From the NCBI GenBank assembly GCA_964016885.1, contig OZ024740.1, forward strand, positions 68,262,001 to 68,326,000: a DNA stretch of 64,000 nt, in the 5' to 3' direction. Position numbers and translations under genes: made by a program. This DNA is from Eledone cirrhosa (lineage: Eukaryota). A model generated the notes under the pieces. It ran no database searches and was not told the DNA's origin. It saw only the letters and a program-made list of their open reading frames with translations. Positions 18,294 through 31,596 of this stretch are shown here, in pieces; position 1 is the stretch's first letter, and every line of letters starts with the position of its first letter.

Positions 18294-18433
18294 CTGTATG
18301 TCTCCTGCGTCGGAAAGGAGCTTAATTATATGTGCAGACATTGAAAAATGGTCCGAAGAATCCAAGCCTAGATTTGGATGAAACAATTGTAAGTGAATAA
18401 ATGCTTAGAACATAGCTTTGATTCTTTTGAATT
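17882..18433. mobile_element. ~550-bp palindromic insertion: head-to-head PLE 3' ends with a central (AAAAAT)n spacer
   Basis: Left and right arms are reverse complements, each containing an internal (TA)n and a hammerhead motif. Confidence 0.8.
18348..18395 (+). ncRNA. Minimal hammerhead ribozyme motif with CCGAAGA core (mirror copy at 17920-17967, minus strand)
   Basis: CCGAAGA-ATCCAA..TTGGAT-GAAA-CAATTG-TA with palindromic stem III ACAATTGT. Stem I tgct/agtg is intact in the left copy. Confidence 0.7.
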
Positions 18434-18590
18434 CTATATAACTGCTCTGTAGAACAACTGATGTTATTACATTGAGCTATTTATCTTACTGGTAATAAGG
18501 TAGTAATAAATTACTGACCTTCACTGTTTAAGGTTTAAAATATACATAACTCTAAAAAGTTTAATATATAGATAACCATAAATAGTATCC

Positions 18591-18658
<68 letters not shown>

Positions 18659-18662
18659 TCAT

Positions 18663-18712
<50 letters not shown>

Positions 18713-18894
18713 ATAGGCATATGTCCATAAATACATACACACGAACATACATATCTCCATATATTCATACATTCGTACATACGTATGTTCATAATTTCAT
18801 AATTACATGCGTATGTACACACACACATACACACATACACATACATACACACATACACACACACACATATATATATACATACATACTAAGATAC

Positions 18895-19370
18895 ATGATG
18901 ATGATTGCCTCATCTTTTCAGATGATAACCGTCTCAATTGATCCCTCCAGTAATTTTCCACCGTATTATGTGCACGGAGGTGGTGTTTATATCGAGTAAC
19001 TGATTTACAAAGTATTTGGCACAAGCAACAGATGTACGCTAGTGCATGTACAGGGTTTATTGGATCAGCATGTGGAATTTCATGTTGAAGAACCTTCATA
19101 TAGTATTTTAACCCGGAGGTTGTCTTACATATCTTGTTACAAATTTGACAAGTAATCACACCTGGTGGTGCAGAGAGATTTGTAACATTAAACATTATCT
19201 GCTTGCGTCATTGACTGTTCAGGCGTTTTCATGTAATTTACAAACCCGGCTGCAGAGAGAAAGAAACGGTAGCATAAATTGCAGTTCCATTAAGCCCTAC
19301 ATGTCACCCTCTCTTAGTGCACGCTCCAGCTCTGTTTTTGCTATATTCCTTAGATCCAACAGTTGACAGC
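18895..19370 (-). mobile_element. 3' end of an RTE-type LINE with two C2H2-like fingers and a (CAT)n tail
   Basis: CQICNKICKTTSGL and CCLCQILCKS..HHLRAH, then a short UTR ending caatcatcatcat. Confidence 0.55.
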
Positions 19371-20217
19371 ATGATTTAATCGATACTTTTTCCATGTATT
19401 ACGATTAATACCGTTGATTAATACCTAAACTGAAATATTTTACATTTTCCTTAATACAATCTTTTTATATTTTCTTAAGCCTACGCTGTAGTCTTTTCCT
19501 TGCATAAACTCAACATAAAATACTTCAATATCAAGCCTTGCGTCATTCAGGTGAAGAAGAGTCCTTGCCTAGCGCGTCTGACACTTAAAGTGAAGGTGAT
19601 TGATTGTAGAGCAACGAGATCTTTGAACAACTATAATGAAGGTGTAATGTTTCTACATTTAATACCTAGGATATGCCGAAGGAGCTTTTAATGGAATCAA
19701 TCAAGTATCTTGAAGTGCTGCTGATGAGTGGTCTATGATTTACATCCATATAACACAACTCTAAGCACACATAGTGATGGCCTTATTAAGGTTGATGACT
19801 GAAAGGAATATTTACGGAATTTAAAATTAAAACTACCACCGAATAAAAACACAATCATCAAATATTGAAGTTTCAGATCTCAGATTGAAAGCATTCACTG
19901 CTGAAAAGTCAATTGCCCACTCGATAAAAAAATTGTGCTAGGAAATATAGAAGAGAAATAGTATAATTATAGAACAATGATGAGTTTCCAGATCTAGTTC
20001 CCCAAATACATATTGATTTTTATTCATATTATTATTGAATATCCAGGATATGTACCAACACATCTGGATCAAAATATGACTGAACTTGGATTCTAAGAAA
20101 TTGGTACGATATCAGTGGCCTTCGTAAATATATGTAACACAGTAAATAATCAAAGAAGAAAATACTGGGCAAAAAACGACGGATACTTCCTTTTCATTAC
20201 ATATATATATATATATA

Positions 20218-23072
20218 TTAAAATATCATATTAAAGTTTAAGCAAAGAATCGCTGCTTTCACCCTTAAGAGGATCTTCTGAAACTAAAAAATCAATCTGT
20301 GAACGCAGAAGTAAATATTTCGAAAAACGTTGCAACCGAAGGAAAACAGGAAGATGATACTTTGGTTCGCGAAGACGTTTCCTGGCGATGAACGAAAAAA
20401 GCGAAGATAATACGTCTTCTGATGTTTAAGCTTCCAGACTAATTCAGAAAGTGCCGTGCTATTTGTTTTATCTAATCTATTAAAGGTATGGCGGTGATTT
20501 TACCACCTATCCTTAAATTCCGTGGCAGTTGCCCCAACATACCTAAAGGTTCTATCAGGAGTGGAGACCTTACAGTCGTAGACTATGTTTTTGGTAAGGC
20601 ATTTCCCAGTCATGGGGCAGTGCTTCTGCAGTTACATTTTTTGCTATCGACCTGGGTAGTTCCAGATGGACCACGGTACCTTTGGGGTCGTGTCGCAGTT
20701 TCTGTCTGCTCTATGGGTAAATTCCCTGGGGTTGGGGAGATCCACATCCCCTTAAGTGTAGGAGTCAGTTCCTCAATAGAGCTGCCATTGTTCCTGCCAT
20801 GCCAAATTCCCTCATTGGCTGTCCTAAGTCTACTATAATTCATCTTAGCTATATTCTGAGCTATGTTATTAGTTGTGGAGTAGCACAGCTTGATGGTATT
20901 TCTATTGAATATTTTATAATACCTGTGCGATCTAGGGAAGCATTTGTCTAAGGCTCTAAAGAAAAGCCTAGCTATACTAGTGGTCCAACCAGTGGAATAA
21001 GGGGGATTATACCACAGGCTTTTCTGCTCCGATGCCTCTTGTTCTTACTAACTATATTAGAATTACCTGTCTCCATAGTAGTTACTGATCTATGGTAACT
21101 GGAAATTGCCTGTGGGTCAGTGGTGTCCTGGGGAGTCACGAATGTGTTCGGAATCGTCCCAAGTCTCCAGGGCGATGGACCCCCCCCCCCCCCCGAGCAG
21201 CCATTGGGATAACCCTGGGTAACCGGGGTTGTATCCACTATGCGTCTGCTACACCTGTCCCTATTCCCCTTACTCGACCCTCGTTCCATACTGCGTTCAA
21301 CGGTAATGTTATCGGTTCCACAAATAAGGTTACCATTAGAGTTTCCGCTGGCGTTACGTTGCTCAGACCCCGTGTCAGTACCTGGGTGGTTGTTTATATT
21401 GGTACCAACAGCATTGAGACTAGGCGGCAATAAAATATGAAGTCTATTTAAATCGACCCTCGTATCACGCTTGCTGTTAACTAGAGTGTCACTATTTAGG
21501 CCTAAGCTATCGCAGGAAATGTTGCTTCTACTATTTAATGGACGTTTGAATGAGATTTCCTCGCTATGCCCCGCCCGTTCCAGGGCGCTATTATAGTAAT
21601 ACGAGATCCTATCAAAGGTATCTTCATTGGAAGATAGTCCTGAAATTCTACTAGAGATGCTATTGGTAATACCATTAGTGACTATTCTAGGGTGGTTCGA
21701 TTTTGCGTTGACATAGTTTAGATTCTCGTTGAGTTTGCGGTAGGGTTGGAAGAGTCCTGAATTGAGTTTAAGTGTAACATCTAGAAAATTAACTATCTTT
21801 AACTTCTGTTCAAATACTATACTCAGGTCTATGTTCTTGAAGAATCTGCTAAGTTTTTTCCTCACCCTCTCTACCATACTATTATTATGGAACGACACAT
21901 TAAACAAAACGGTAAGCGCCGCCTTCCAAGTGGGGCATTTCCACTCCGAGACAGTCAACAAGGTAAAGGCCCACCAGATCCGTCATATGGGCCGAGTCCG
22001 TGGATCCCATGGTAATGTCGAAATTGTCAGGCCAATCCTTCCTGGTCCACAGGTCACCGTTGAATTCAATTAAGGTTTTCCTAGCTAGGAGAATAATGTT
22101 AATTTCATTGGATGTAAGGTCGGTGTGTAAGCTAGCAAAGTTAAGGGCACCACCTAGAAGAATTGGAGAGATTTAAGAGTAGTAATTAGAGATATCGAAC
22201 TGTATAATCTTAGTGCTATTCTTATTCTGCGATTTCTCAAACCAGTTAATTACCTAATTAGTTCCAGACCACAATTTGAGCTTCGATCTCCTAACTAGAG
22301 TGGGGATTATTTTATCAAGAATGTTTTTACTTACGATTCCTATGTCCGACTTAGAAGGGGTTATCAGCCTGACAGGCGTTGATGATTTAAAGTCCAATTT
22401 GTGGTTTTTCAGCAAAATCCTCGGAGTTCTAGGATGGAAGGGTTCAGTTTTATCCTCAGTACCCAGTCTAGTCATGACGCTATTGGCCTCCGTGTTAATT
22501 AAATCCAGGTTGGCCCGTGTAGTTTTTCTGTAGCTTTTCCTAAGTTCTCTAGTTATCAAATCCTCATACGTTACTCTATCCATATCGTACAGGTTGTTAG
22601 TCTTGTCTTCGTGCACCAAAATGCCGGTCGAGTTCTTTAATTTTACTAGATCACCATTCAGTCGTCTTAGGTAGCTTTTTCTCCTGAGTGGGTTTTTCCT
22701 AAACTTAAGCTTGGACACTATGTTAGACATTTCAGTCTCGAATTCTTACAAGTATTTATTGTGAGGTGGATTTCTTCTCGATTTGAATATTTCCTCGATG
22801 CCGCGCGTTCCCTCCCTGGGGTGGTTATTGGCGTTCCTCTGTGGAAGTGGAAGGCCTTCCAACGCATTCTACGGACAAAGGAATCCGATTTACCTATGGC
22901 CAACCTTGTGAATTATTTTATGTTGGGCAAAAGGATGTCCTTAAGTGAATAGTTTACCGAGTATTGCTCCATCATATTCCTTGATTAACAGCATTAAGTG
23001 CGCAACAAAATTAGGAGCTTTAAGTTGTTATATAGTAAGGTGCATTATTGGTTGTGTAAAATGGTCCAATAA
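20218..23072 (-). mobile_element. Penelope-like element (RT + GIY-YIG), near full length and decayed
   Basis: N-terminal YSLKDILLP and RMRWKAF; DKTNNLY, K.HK..F, RLITPSKSDIG, FLDVTL, YRK.N, SNHP and CNCR. Frameshifted, and the RT DD appears deleted near 21910. Ends at (TA)n ~20200. Confidence 0.85.
20235..20285 (-). ncRNA. Hammerhead-like motif in the 3' end of the PLE
   Basis: agttt-CAGAAGA-TCCTCTTAAGGGT-GAAA-GCA..TGC-TT-aaact. Stem I (5 bp) and stem III (AGCA/TGCT) pair; core position 4 is A instead of U. Confidence 0.6.
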
Positions 23073-23359
23073 ACAATATTTCAAATTAACATCGTCAATT
23101 TGAGATTTGACCAATATAGCTTCTGTTGTTTGTGAACTAACTTTCGGAGAGTGCTGTGTTGGTACATTCTTATATTTGTTATCTTATATCTGTTTTTTCT
23201 CGGACATCGCTTCGGTGTGTGTGTGAGTGTGTGTGTACCAACCCACACTAACTCTACAGGTTTAATACTGTGTTGATGTGTGTATATATATGTATATTTT
23301 TTTCTTTGACCTCGAGCCGGTGTATGTGGGTGTGGAATGTGTGTGTACCCACTCACATT

Positions 23360-23826
23360 AACTGTGACTGACTGTATCCCTACAGATTTGATTGATGTCC
23401 AGCGTCTTTTGCAGCGATAGAAATCTGAAAACTTTTATGACCTCAACTGAAGTTAATAACAGTCGCCCTGTCTCTGGCTGGTGTGTCTTCATATGAGGGA
23501 ATGAATTCTGTGACAGAACATCGTTATTTTTCTCCCTCATATCAAGAATTTGAAGACAATTTATTTTCATCTGATGAGCTCAGTGATAATCGATCATGGC
23601 TTCACAATCGATCGATCTCTTATTGAAACATGTGTCGTGATTAAATGATTGGAATTTCACCTTGCTTTCGGATTTTCATTTTGATACTTATACTCCGTTT
23701 TACATCATCTAGCTGTTCCCTTGAATTGAATTGGAGATATACAAAAGCGTGGATAACTTAATATTGCTAACATAAAGTTATTGGACCATTTTACACAACC
23801 AATAATGCACCTTACTATAAAACAAC
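23360..23826 (+). mobile_element. PLE 3' pLTR fragment with a hammerhead-like motif (23567-23640) and the conserved tail
   Basis: tcat-CTGATGA...GAAA-CATGTG-TC-gtga, followed by tail ttggaccattttacacaaccaataatgcaccttactataaaacaac ending at (TA)n. Left boundary approximate. Confidence 0.6.
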
Positions 23827-23885
23827 TATATATATATCTATATATACATACATACATATACATACACCTATACACATACACTTAT

Positions 23886-24054
<169 letters not shown>

Positions 24055-24114
24055 AGTGTATGTGTATAGGTGTATGTATATGTCTGTATGTATATATATA
24101 TATATATATATATA

Positions 24115-24440
24115 GTTGTTTTATAGTAAGGTGCATTATTGGTTGTGTAAAATGGTCCAATAACTTTACGTTAACAATATTAAGTTCTGCACGCTTTTGT
24201 ATATCTCCAGAGTATTTGAAGTTGTCCCAAATTGAAGGTTGAGTACTTTAGAATTTTGTTTTATCATGAGTTAAGGCTCTATTGATTTTTCCCTGGATTT
24301 CTCTAAATTCTGTTGGATAAATCTATATCCTGATTCTTTTTGAATTGAGTCTGAATTATTTTTCCCATATCTTATATTAACTATTTTCCCATTTTGACGC
24401 TATAGTCGCATATATGTTATGGAATACTGTTAGCTTCTCG
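24115..24440 (-). mobile_element. PLE-related fragment ending in the same conserved tail
   Basis: 24115-24209 is the reverse complement of 23733-23826. Right boundary approximate. Confidence 0.55.
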
Positions 24441-24491
24441 TTACAACAATTTCTATAATTTTCATTTATATATATATATATATATACATAC

Positions 24492-24530
<39 letters not shown>

Positions 24531-24803
24531 CCTATATATACACGCACAAATATATAAATATCTATATAATTTCACACACGCAAATATAAACAATACATAA
24601 ACACGTACATGCAGATACACATACACACCCTCCCATACATCCACACACACAATCACACACGGATACGCACCCATCCCACACACACATATATACATACATA
24701 ATATATATATATAAATGTATAACAAAGGAATTGTGGTAAGGAACCAGATCGACCATAACGCACCAGAGTACTAAATACTTAGTAGTAGTAGAGTGGTAAA
24801 TAG

Positions 24804-24897
24804 GAAAAAGTATGACCCCGACGGCAAAAGTATTACCCCGACTAGTCCAGAAATACCGTCGAAACGGCTTGAGCTCTGCCGCCGCGGGGTCATACTT

Positions 24898-24901
<4 letters not shown>
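24804..24901 (+). mobile_element. Very short PLE 3' terminus with inverted filler copies
   Basis: tagtccagaaataccgtcGAAAcggcttgagctc matches the reverse complement of ~63331-63365. The ends aaaagtatgaccccg / cggggtcatactttt are inverted, and the element abuts (TA)n. Confidence 0.6.
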
Positions 24902-24954
<53 letters not shown>

Positions 24955-25319
24955 CATATATATATATATATATATACAATATACATATATATATATATAC
25001 ATAAATATACACAAATACGTATATACACACATACATATATACGCACAAATACCCATGTAAATATACATGCAGAAACAAGAAACACACATACACACACACA
25101 CATACAAGTATATATAATATATACACCTATAACATATACATGCATATATACGTACGAGAATGTATAGGTTCCTCCACAAAACATACGGATCAGGTATACT
25201 TACTTATAGAAATAAGTAATCGTCTAAACATAAAATATATTTAGCTACCACATTAAGACGTAAATTATACGCGTATTGTTCGTACTATCTGTTAGGTTAT
25301 AATGTGGGGCTGTAATACA

Positions 25320-26350
25320 GGAAAGTTTTAGGCAATTTGTGTTTACAAGACGAAATTGCCTAAAATTTTTGGTTTAAGATGTAATCATTGGCCTAGATTA
25401 TTTCCAGGGCTTCAGCGGCGCAACGATCGCGCGTTTTTCTCTTTCCGTTATACGATCTAGTTTTAGCTAGGATCTCCCAGTGTAACCTATATTGGGTGTG
25501 GTTGTCCTTTAGACTCCAGATATAAGCTGAAAGTGACGTCATGTTCCTTCTTAAAAGTGAATGCGTGTGCATGTGAAGATGCTGCTTGGATCGATTTGCG
25601 GTTAACTCTATGTAGATGCTACTAGACGTGGGTGTGTCGACCTTATATTTGTAGACAATATTACTGGAGAGCAATTTCCCGGATACAGGGCAGTCTTCCC
25701 GATTCCTACAATTACAGTTAGCACTAGCTACAGGGCTGCACGTGTTCCTATGGCTAGGTATTTTAGCTCTATTTGACGCATTGTTGTCATGTGCAAAGTT
25801 AGGAGTCATGGAGTGAGATATTTCAACGGTATTTCTATCAAAAATGTTATTATATTTATGTGCTGAGGGGAAATGCTTCTTAATTAGGGAGAAAAAGATT
25901 TTAGCTAATGGTGTGGCCTTCTCCATATTATATTGTGGGTTATACCCTATAATGCGTCGGGATCTATTTTTCATAGGTTTATTCTCATACTTAGTAAATG
26001 CTACTTTATCGAGAACTCCACTCCGTGCAAGAGCTTCATTGTAATATGAATGATCGGTGAGAATATGCTCGGTTATAGATAGACGAGAAATCCTCAAAGA
26101 AAGTTTTCTTTCCAGGTTCTTGGTTATGCTGGCAGGATGGTTAGAATGCTTACTGCTGCAATTAAGCGTATCATTCGGCTTTCTATACGGGTAGTGCAAG
26201 CCACTCGACAAATTGGGGGTAACGTCGAGATAGTTTACAACAGAAAGGTTGGCTTCAACTTGTATGGAGAGGTTGAAGACTTTAAAGAAAGCTCTATGGT
26301 TCTTATGTATTTGATATTTATTTATTCTTATCGAGCCCTCTTTGGATTTT
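25320..26350 (-). mobile_element. Penelope-like element fragment (RT thumb + GIY-YIG domain)
   Basis: ORF 25393-26211: PYRKPND, SNHP, YNEAL..SG, YNPQY, CNCRNREDCPVSG, IVY..V, IYI.LT, TSLSAYIWSLKD and WEIL. Confidence 0.85.
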
Positions 26351-26481
26351 AGTCTTACTATATATATATATAGTAAGGTACACTATTGGTTGTGTAAAAT
26401 GGTCCTATAACTTTATGTTACCAATTTTACCTTTCCTTCGGATTTTCATATTGATATATATATATATATATATATATACAA

Positions 26482-26660
<179 letters not shown>

Positions 26661-27460
26661 TATATACATACTTATATATATATTGTAGTAAAGAATATGC
26701 AGGAGCAGGGCCCGCACTCCGTGCAACGAGTCATAGTTATGATTCATAATATATATACGTATGACAACGATGCCAGTAATACTGGTTTCTATTGTATATA
26801 TATATATATAAATATATACATATATATATATGTCTGTGCCTGTGAGTGTGTGTGTGAGAGAGAGTGTGTGTGTGTTCGTATATTTTAGGAGGGTTGGTGT
26901 ATGTAGATGTCTACGTGTCTGTATGTGTGTGTATCTATCTGTGTGCATGTTTGTGCAAATATTTGATAAATAATCACGTACTTATATTTTTACACCCACA
27001 TTTTTACACACGTTTGCATATCCTTGAAACATTTCTGTAAATCAAATGATAGAAGAAATAATAATAATCGCAGATTGCTACCGTAAAAAGGTACAGACAC
27101 ACACACACATGTATATGATGTTTATATGTGTGTGTGTTTGTGTGTGGCTACATATGAGTCATCGAGAAATGCGAGAGAAAATGCATAAAATAATCACATC
27201 ATTATCTTAAACGAAGTTAGTGAAACATAATGGACTCCGAGACCATTTCTAATTGTCTGTAGTGGCTGCACTGAGAGCATAAAATATATCGTTTATATAC
27301 AATGCTTGATTGAAATAAAATAGCAAACATTCGAAAACCCGTGAGCACACACACATACCCACACTCCCATATATAACCTCTCACACACATGCATCACTTA
27401 TATAAATCTATATGTCTGGGTACATATACCACTCTCCTTCCCTCTTCCCTCTTTCTTTAT

Positions 27461-27573
<113 letters not shown>

Positions 27574-27621
27574 GTTTAAAATTGAACGGGAACAACACAG
27601 AGAGGCAGTACGAACAATACT

Positions 27622-27659
<38 letters not shown>

Positions 27660-28419
27660 AATATACTCACACATACACACACACATATATATATGCATAT
27701 GTGTATGTATGTTTCCTTTTAAGTATGTTTATATATATTTACTTATATATAAACAATTGGGGTATGAAGTATGCGTAAAGGCATATAAAAATGAAGGAAA
27801 GCCAAGCGCAATTAACCTAAACACTAGCATAAGGTTATAAGCGCTGTATTGTGCCTGGAGCAAAAACATGATTTACAGTGCCCTGACGTGAATACAGAAA
27901 AGTAGTTTCTAATGAGTGTTGCATTGGAGGAGGTGTTAGGTGCTATGTTTAGGTTAGACAGGGTGTAAAGTAGAGACGGTGGTTTGAAAAATTTATAAGG
28001 CGGCAGAATGGAAGATATAGTGAGGAGATGGCGTGAGGGTTAATCAGCGTATTTTTGAAGCGAGAGACGTTTTGTTCCAAACGTATTTAACGAACAACCA
28101 GTGGACTTCAATAACAGTAGGAAAATTTGAAATGCAGTCATCCCAAACGAAATGACTATAATAATTATATTTAAAAAAATATTTGAGAAAAAAGCGTAAA
28201 ATACCCCTGGAGACAGAAAAATGAGGACAGCGTGCGTGAAATTGAACTCTCATTTCTCTGATACGGGGTGAGTGCATTAACTAACGAATAATGTGCACCG
28301 CCCGACCATGCCGAATTTTGAACGATTTCATGTTTGCAGCAAGAAGTGCAAACATTCGGTTAACTTTAAAATTTCGAATTTAAAGTGCCACCTTCACAAC
28401 GTATATAAATATAATAGTT

Positions 28420-28725
28420 TCTTCATTTGGCACAAGGCCAGCAAATTCAGTACATTACTGGTACTTTATTTTATCGACCCCGTAAGGATGAAAGGCAAAG
28501 TTAACCTCGGCGGGATTTGAAAATGCTTTCTTATATAGGCACAAGGCCAGCAATTTTGGGAGAGGGGAAAGTAGATTGATTCGACCCCAGTGCGTGACTG
28601 GTGCTTTATTACTATCGACCCTTTATTACTAAATCCTAGGCCGGATTTGAACTCAGGCCGTAAAGGTATGTAACTCTATGTTGTAAATCATGGCGTCCGA
28701 TCCTTTACAGATACTGCCAATCCAC
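28420..28725 (-). mobile_element. Two fragments of an octopus-type tRNA-derived SINE
   Basis: actggtactttattttatcgaccccgtaaggatgaaaggcaaagttaacctcggcgggatttgaa plus a second partial copy. Resembles cephalopod SINE consensus recalled from memory; reverse B-box ttcaaatcc is present. Confidence 0.7.
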
Positions 28726-29071
28726 TATAAATAATAACAGAAGAAATCAATTAAAGTATCCCTAGAAACGGAGGTTTGTTTAGAATCCGGGAGCTAGTTG
28801 TTACTCTAGATAGATTATAAGGAGTTAGGAAATTTTGTCGAAACTAGATCGATGTTACAAGCTAACTCTATGTTACTTTTTATGAAAATAGAGTTTGATT
28901 TAAGGAAGTTTTGGCTATATTTAGAATATCGAGATTTATTATTGATGCAATAACACTGTCTCGCCATAAGAAATTAGAAAACATATGCAGATTGCAACTT
29001 TAGGAGGTTATTGTTATGTTATTGTGAAATGGATATTTGCACACACGCACACATACACACACACACATATA

Positions 29072-29115
<44 letters not shown>

Positions 29116-31596
29116 TATATACATATATACATATATATACATGTGTGTGCGTGTAGAGAGGGGGGGGGGGACAACCGTTTATAGCCGTAAATAATTCTAC
29201 ATTAGATTTCCAACAAATGATAATATAAACCTTTTAAAGAAAGCGTCCATGGTAACTTCTAAAAATTGTTTGATATTTTAAATTAAATTGTTATTGCATT
29301 TGATAAACAAATATATGGATAATTCATTCGAAATGTATGTATATGAATAGATATGCCAGTATACGAAAGTCAATTTTATTTTTATTCAGAGAAGTATCTC
29401 AGATTTTTCTAAAACTGGTTGATAAGCAACGATTTGCATCGAAACTTTAAGACACAAAGAAACGAAATGTTTTATAATGTCGATTTAAATATAATCTGAA
29501 ACACACAGAAATATTAAAATGGCATCTAAATTTCTGCTTGTAGTAACATATATATCTCAGTGATGAAGATTCCTGAATAGATAGTACGAAAAGCTGATTC
29601 GAATTAATATTACAAAATGCTTTAATGTGTAATTAAAAGAAAAATAATTCGTATCATACCGAATATAGAGTTTCGTATCAAACAAAAATTAGAGGAAAAA
29701 ATCAATCATATATCAAGCGGTAAAACATTTCAGAAATTTGTTTTCAAAATAGCGGTGATGAATACAAATTTCTCTTAGAGAAAATGACAAAGGAAAATGT
29801 GTTGAAGACATCTTATGAATATTTTGAAGCCTAGAAACAAATGAAACTTTTAGTATGCAACGTCAGTAAATGGATAGAAGCCATCAGATGAAAATGTGTT
29901 GAATATAATTTATCAAAAATATATTTTCCAGCTTCGATTATGTAAATTGAACAGTGTTATCTCATGCATAACAATAATTTTCGCGAGAAAACAGCAACAT
30001 ATTTACTGTTATGAATTGTATTGTGAAAATATTATTTGTAGAAAGAAATAGGGTGAATATTTCTTATAATTTCAATACATTTCATCCTAGAATAATGTTT
30101 ACATGTTAAATAATCGGAAACTGTATGAACAACGTGAGGAGGAAATAAAAATATATTATACACAGCATTTAACTTTATATATTTTGACAGTGGAAATCCA
30201 TTATGCTGCTTTACTGTCATTAGATTTCATAGCAGTAGAGGATTTACACCCAAAGCCCTTTACCAGTTAATATTCCATATCAGCGAAATGCATTAGCAGA
30301 ATGTTCTATCTTGTTTTTGTTTTTTTTTGTTTTTTCTTACTTTCGTATAGTTGACGCTGGAGATATCCTAAAGCTGGATCAGCAGGGTTTGGAATAGCTA
30401 CTATGTATAACGTTTGACCGGATGCTCAATCCTCTCTCCTTCTGCCCTACCTCTCTCTCTATTTCTCACTCTTTTTAAACATAACATATTTTGATGAGAT
30501 GCTGTGCGTTTTATAGCGGATAGACGAGAGAATAGGAAAAAAGAAAGCAATAAAAAAACTCAAGAATAAATGTCTCAAAATGTGTCTGTGCGTAGCTTAG
30601 GAGGCGAATTGGCATATTCGTTATCAGCACTGATCAAAAAAACTACTCTCGGTCAGTTTGTTTGATTTTGTGCGTTCAAATCCCGCCGAATTTCATTTTA
30701 CCATTTTGCTGAATTAGCATATTTTTTAAATCGTATAATGTAATACATTGTGGTATCTATTTCAGCTATGTTCGTTCTGAGTTTGATGGCGAAGTCACTT
30801 CTGGCTGGGAGAGGTGAGACTGGTATTCATGAGAAATTGTTAGTAATCAAATATACCTTAACTAGGCTTTCGCCAAGGGGTGGAATTCTCTAGGCAGAAA
30901 ATCATGGTCATCCATGATCGAAAGAGCCCTTCATGTGTTGGAAAATGTATGAATATGTATGTTCCTCTGGCTGTGTGCATAGTTGCGTCGTGTGTATGCA
31001 TGGGACCATTTATTTAATTGTGCATATATAAGGAAAGTTAACACTTTATAATGTGTAATATTTCGATGCAGTGAATATTTATGGAAATGTTCTTCGAAGG
31101 TGAGTAAACTATTACAGAAAGGAAGTAAATACAGATATGAAGTGTTTTCGCATTTTTGCTTGGTGATATTTCAACTGTATATCTATTTTCCTACGTTATT
31201 TTTCTGTAATTAGTCTTAAAATAATTACAACACACAAATATTTAGCAGTATTTATAATTACATCTTTCAAAGCGATCGATTTAGCAACGTCAATAGAAAG
31301 TTGGATATGTTTCCGAATATCTACGCTCTGAGTACAAGGGAGACCGAGATCCATTTTATCTTGCATTTTATGGGTGCCAGTCACTGTCGGCTGAATCCCT
31401 CTCTCCTTACAAATAACGTATCCTGGGTCTTCTATTGATTAAGGAAGGTATTTCATGTGATTCTATATATTTCAATAAAGGAATGGTACATGCAATTACA
31501 CTCGATTGCAAGTAATGACCTAAGAAATATCTTTCAATACATACATACATACAACAATCCATGCATACAGACAGACATACATTCATACATATATAC

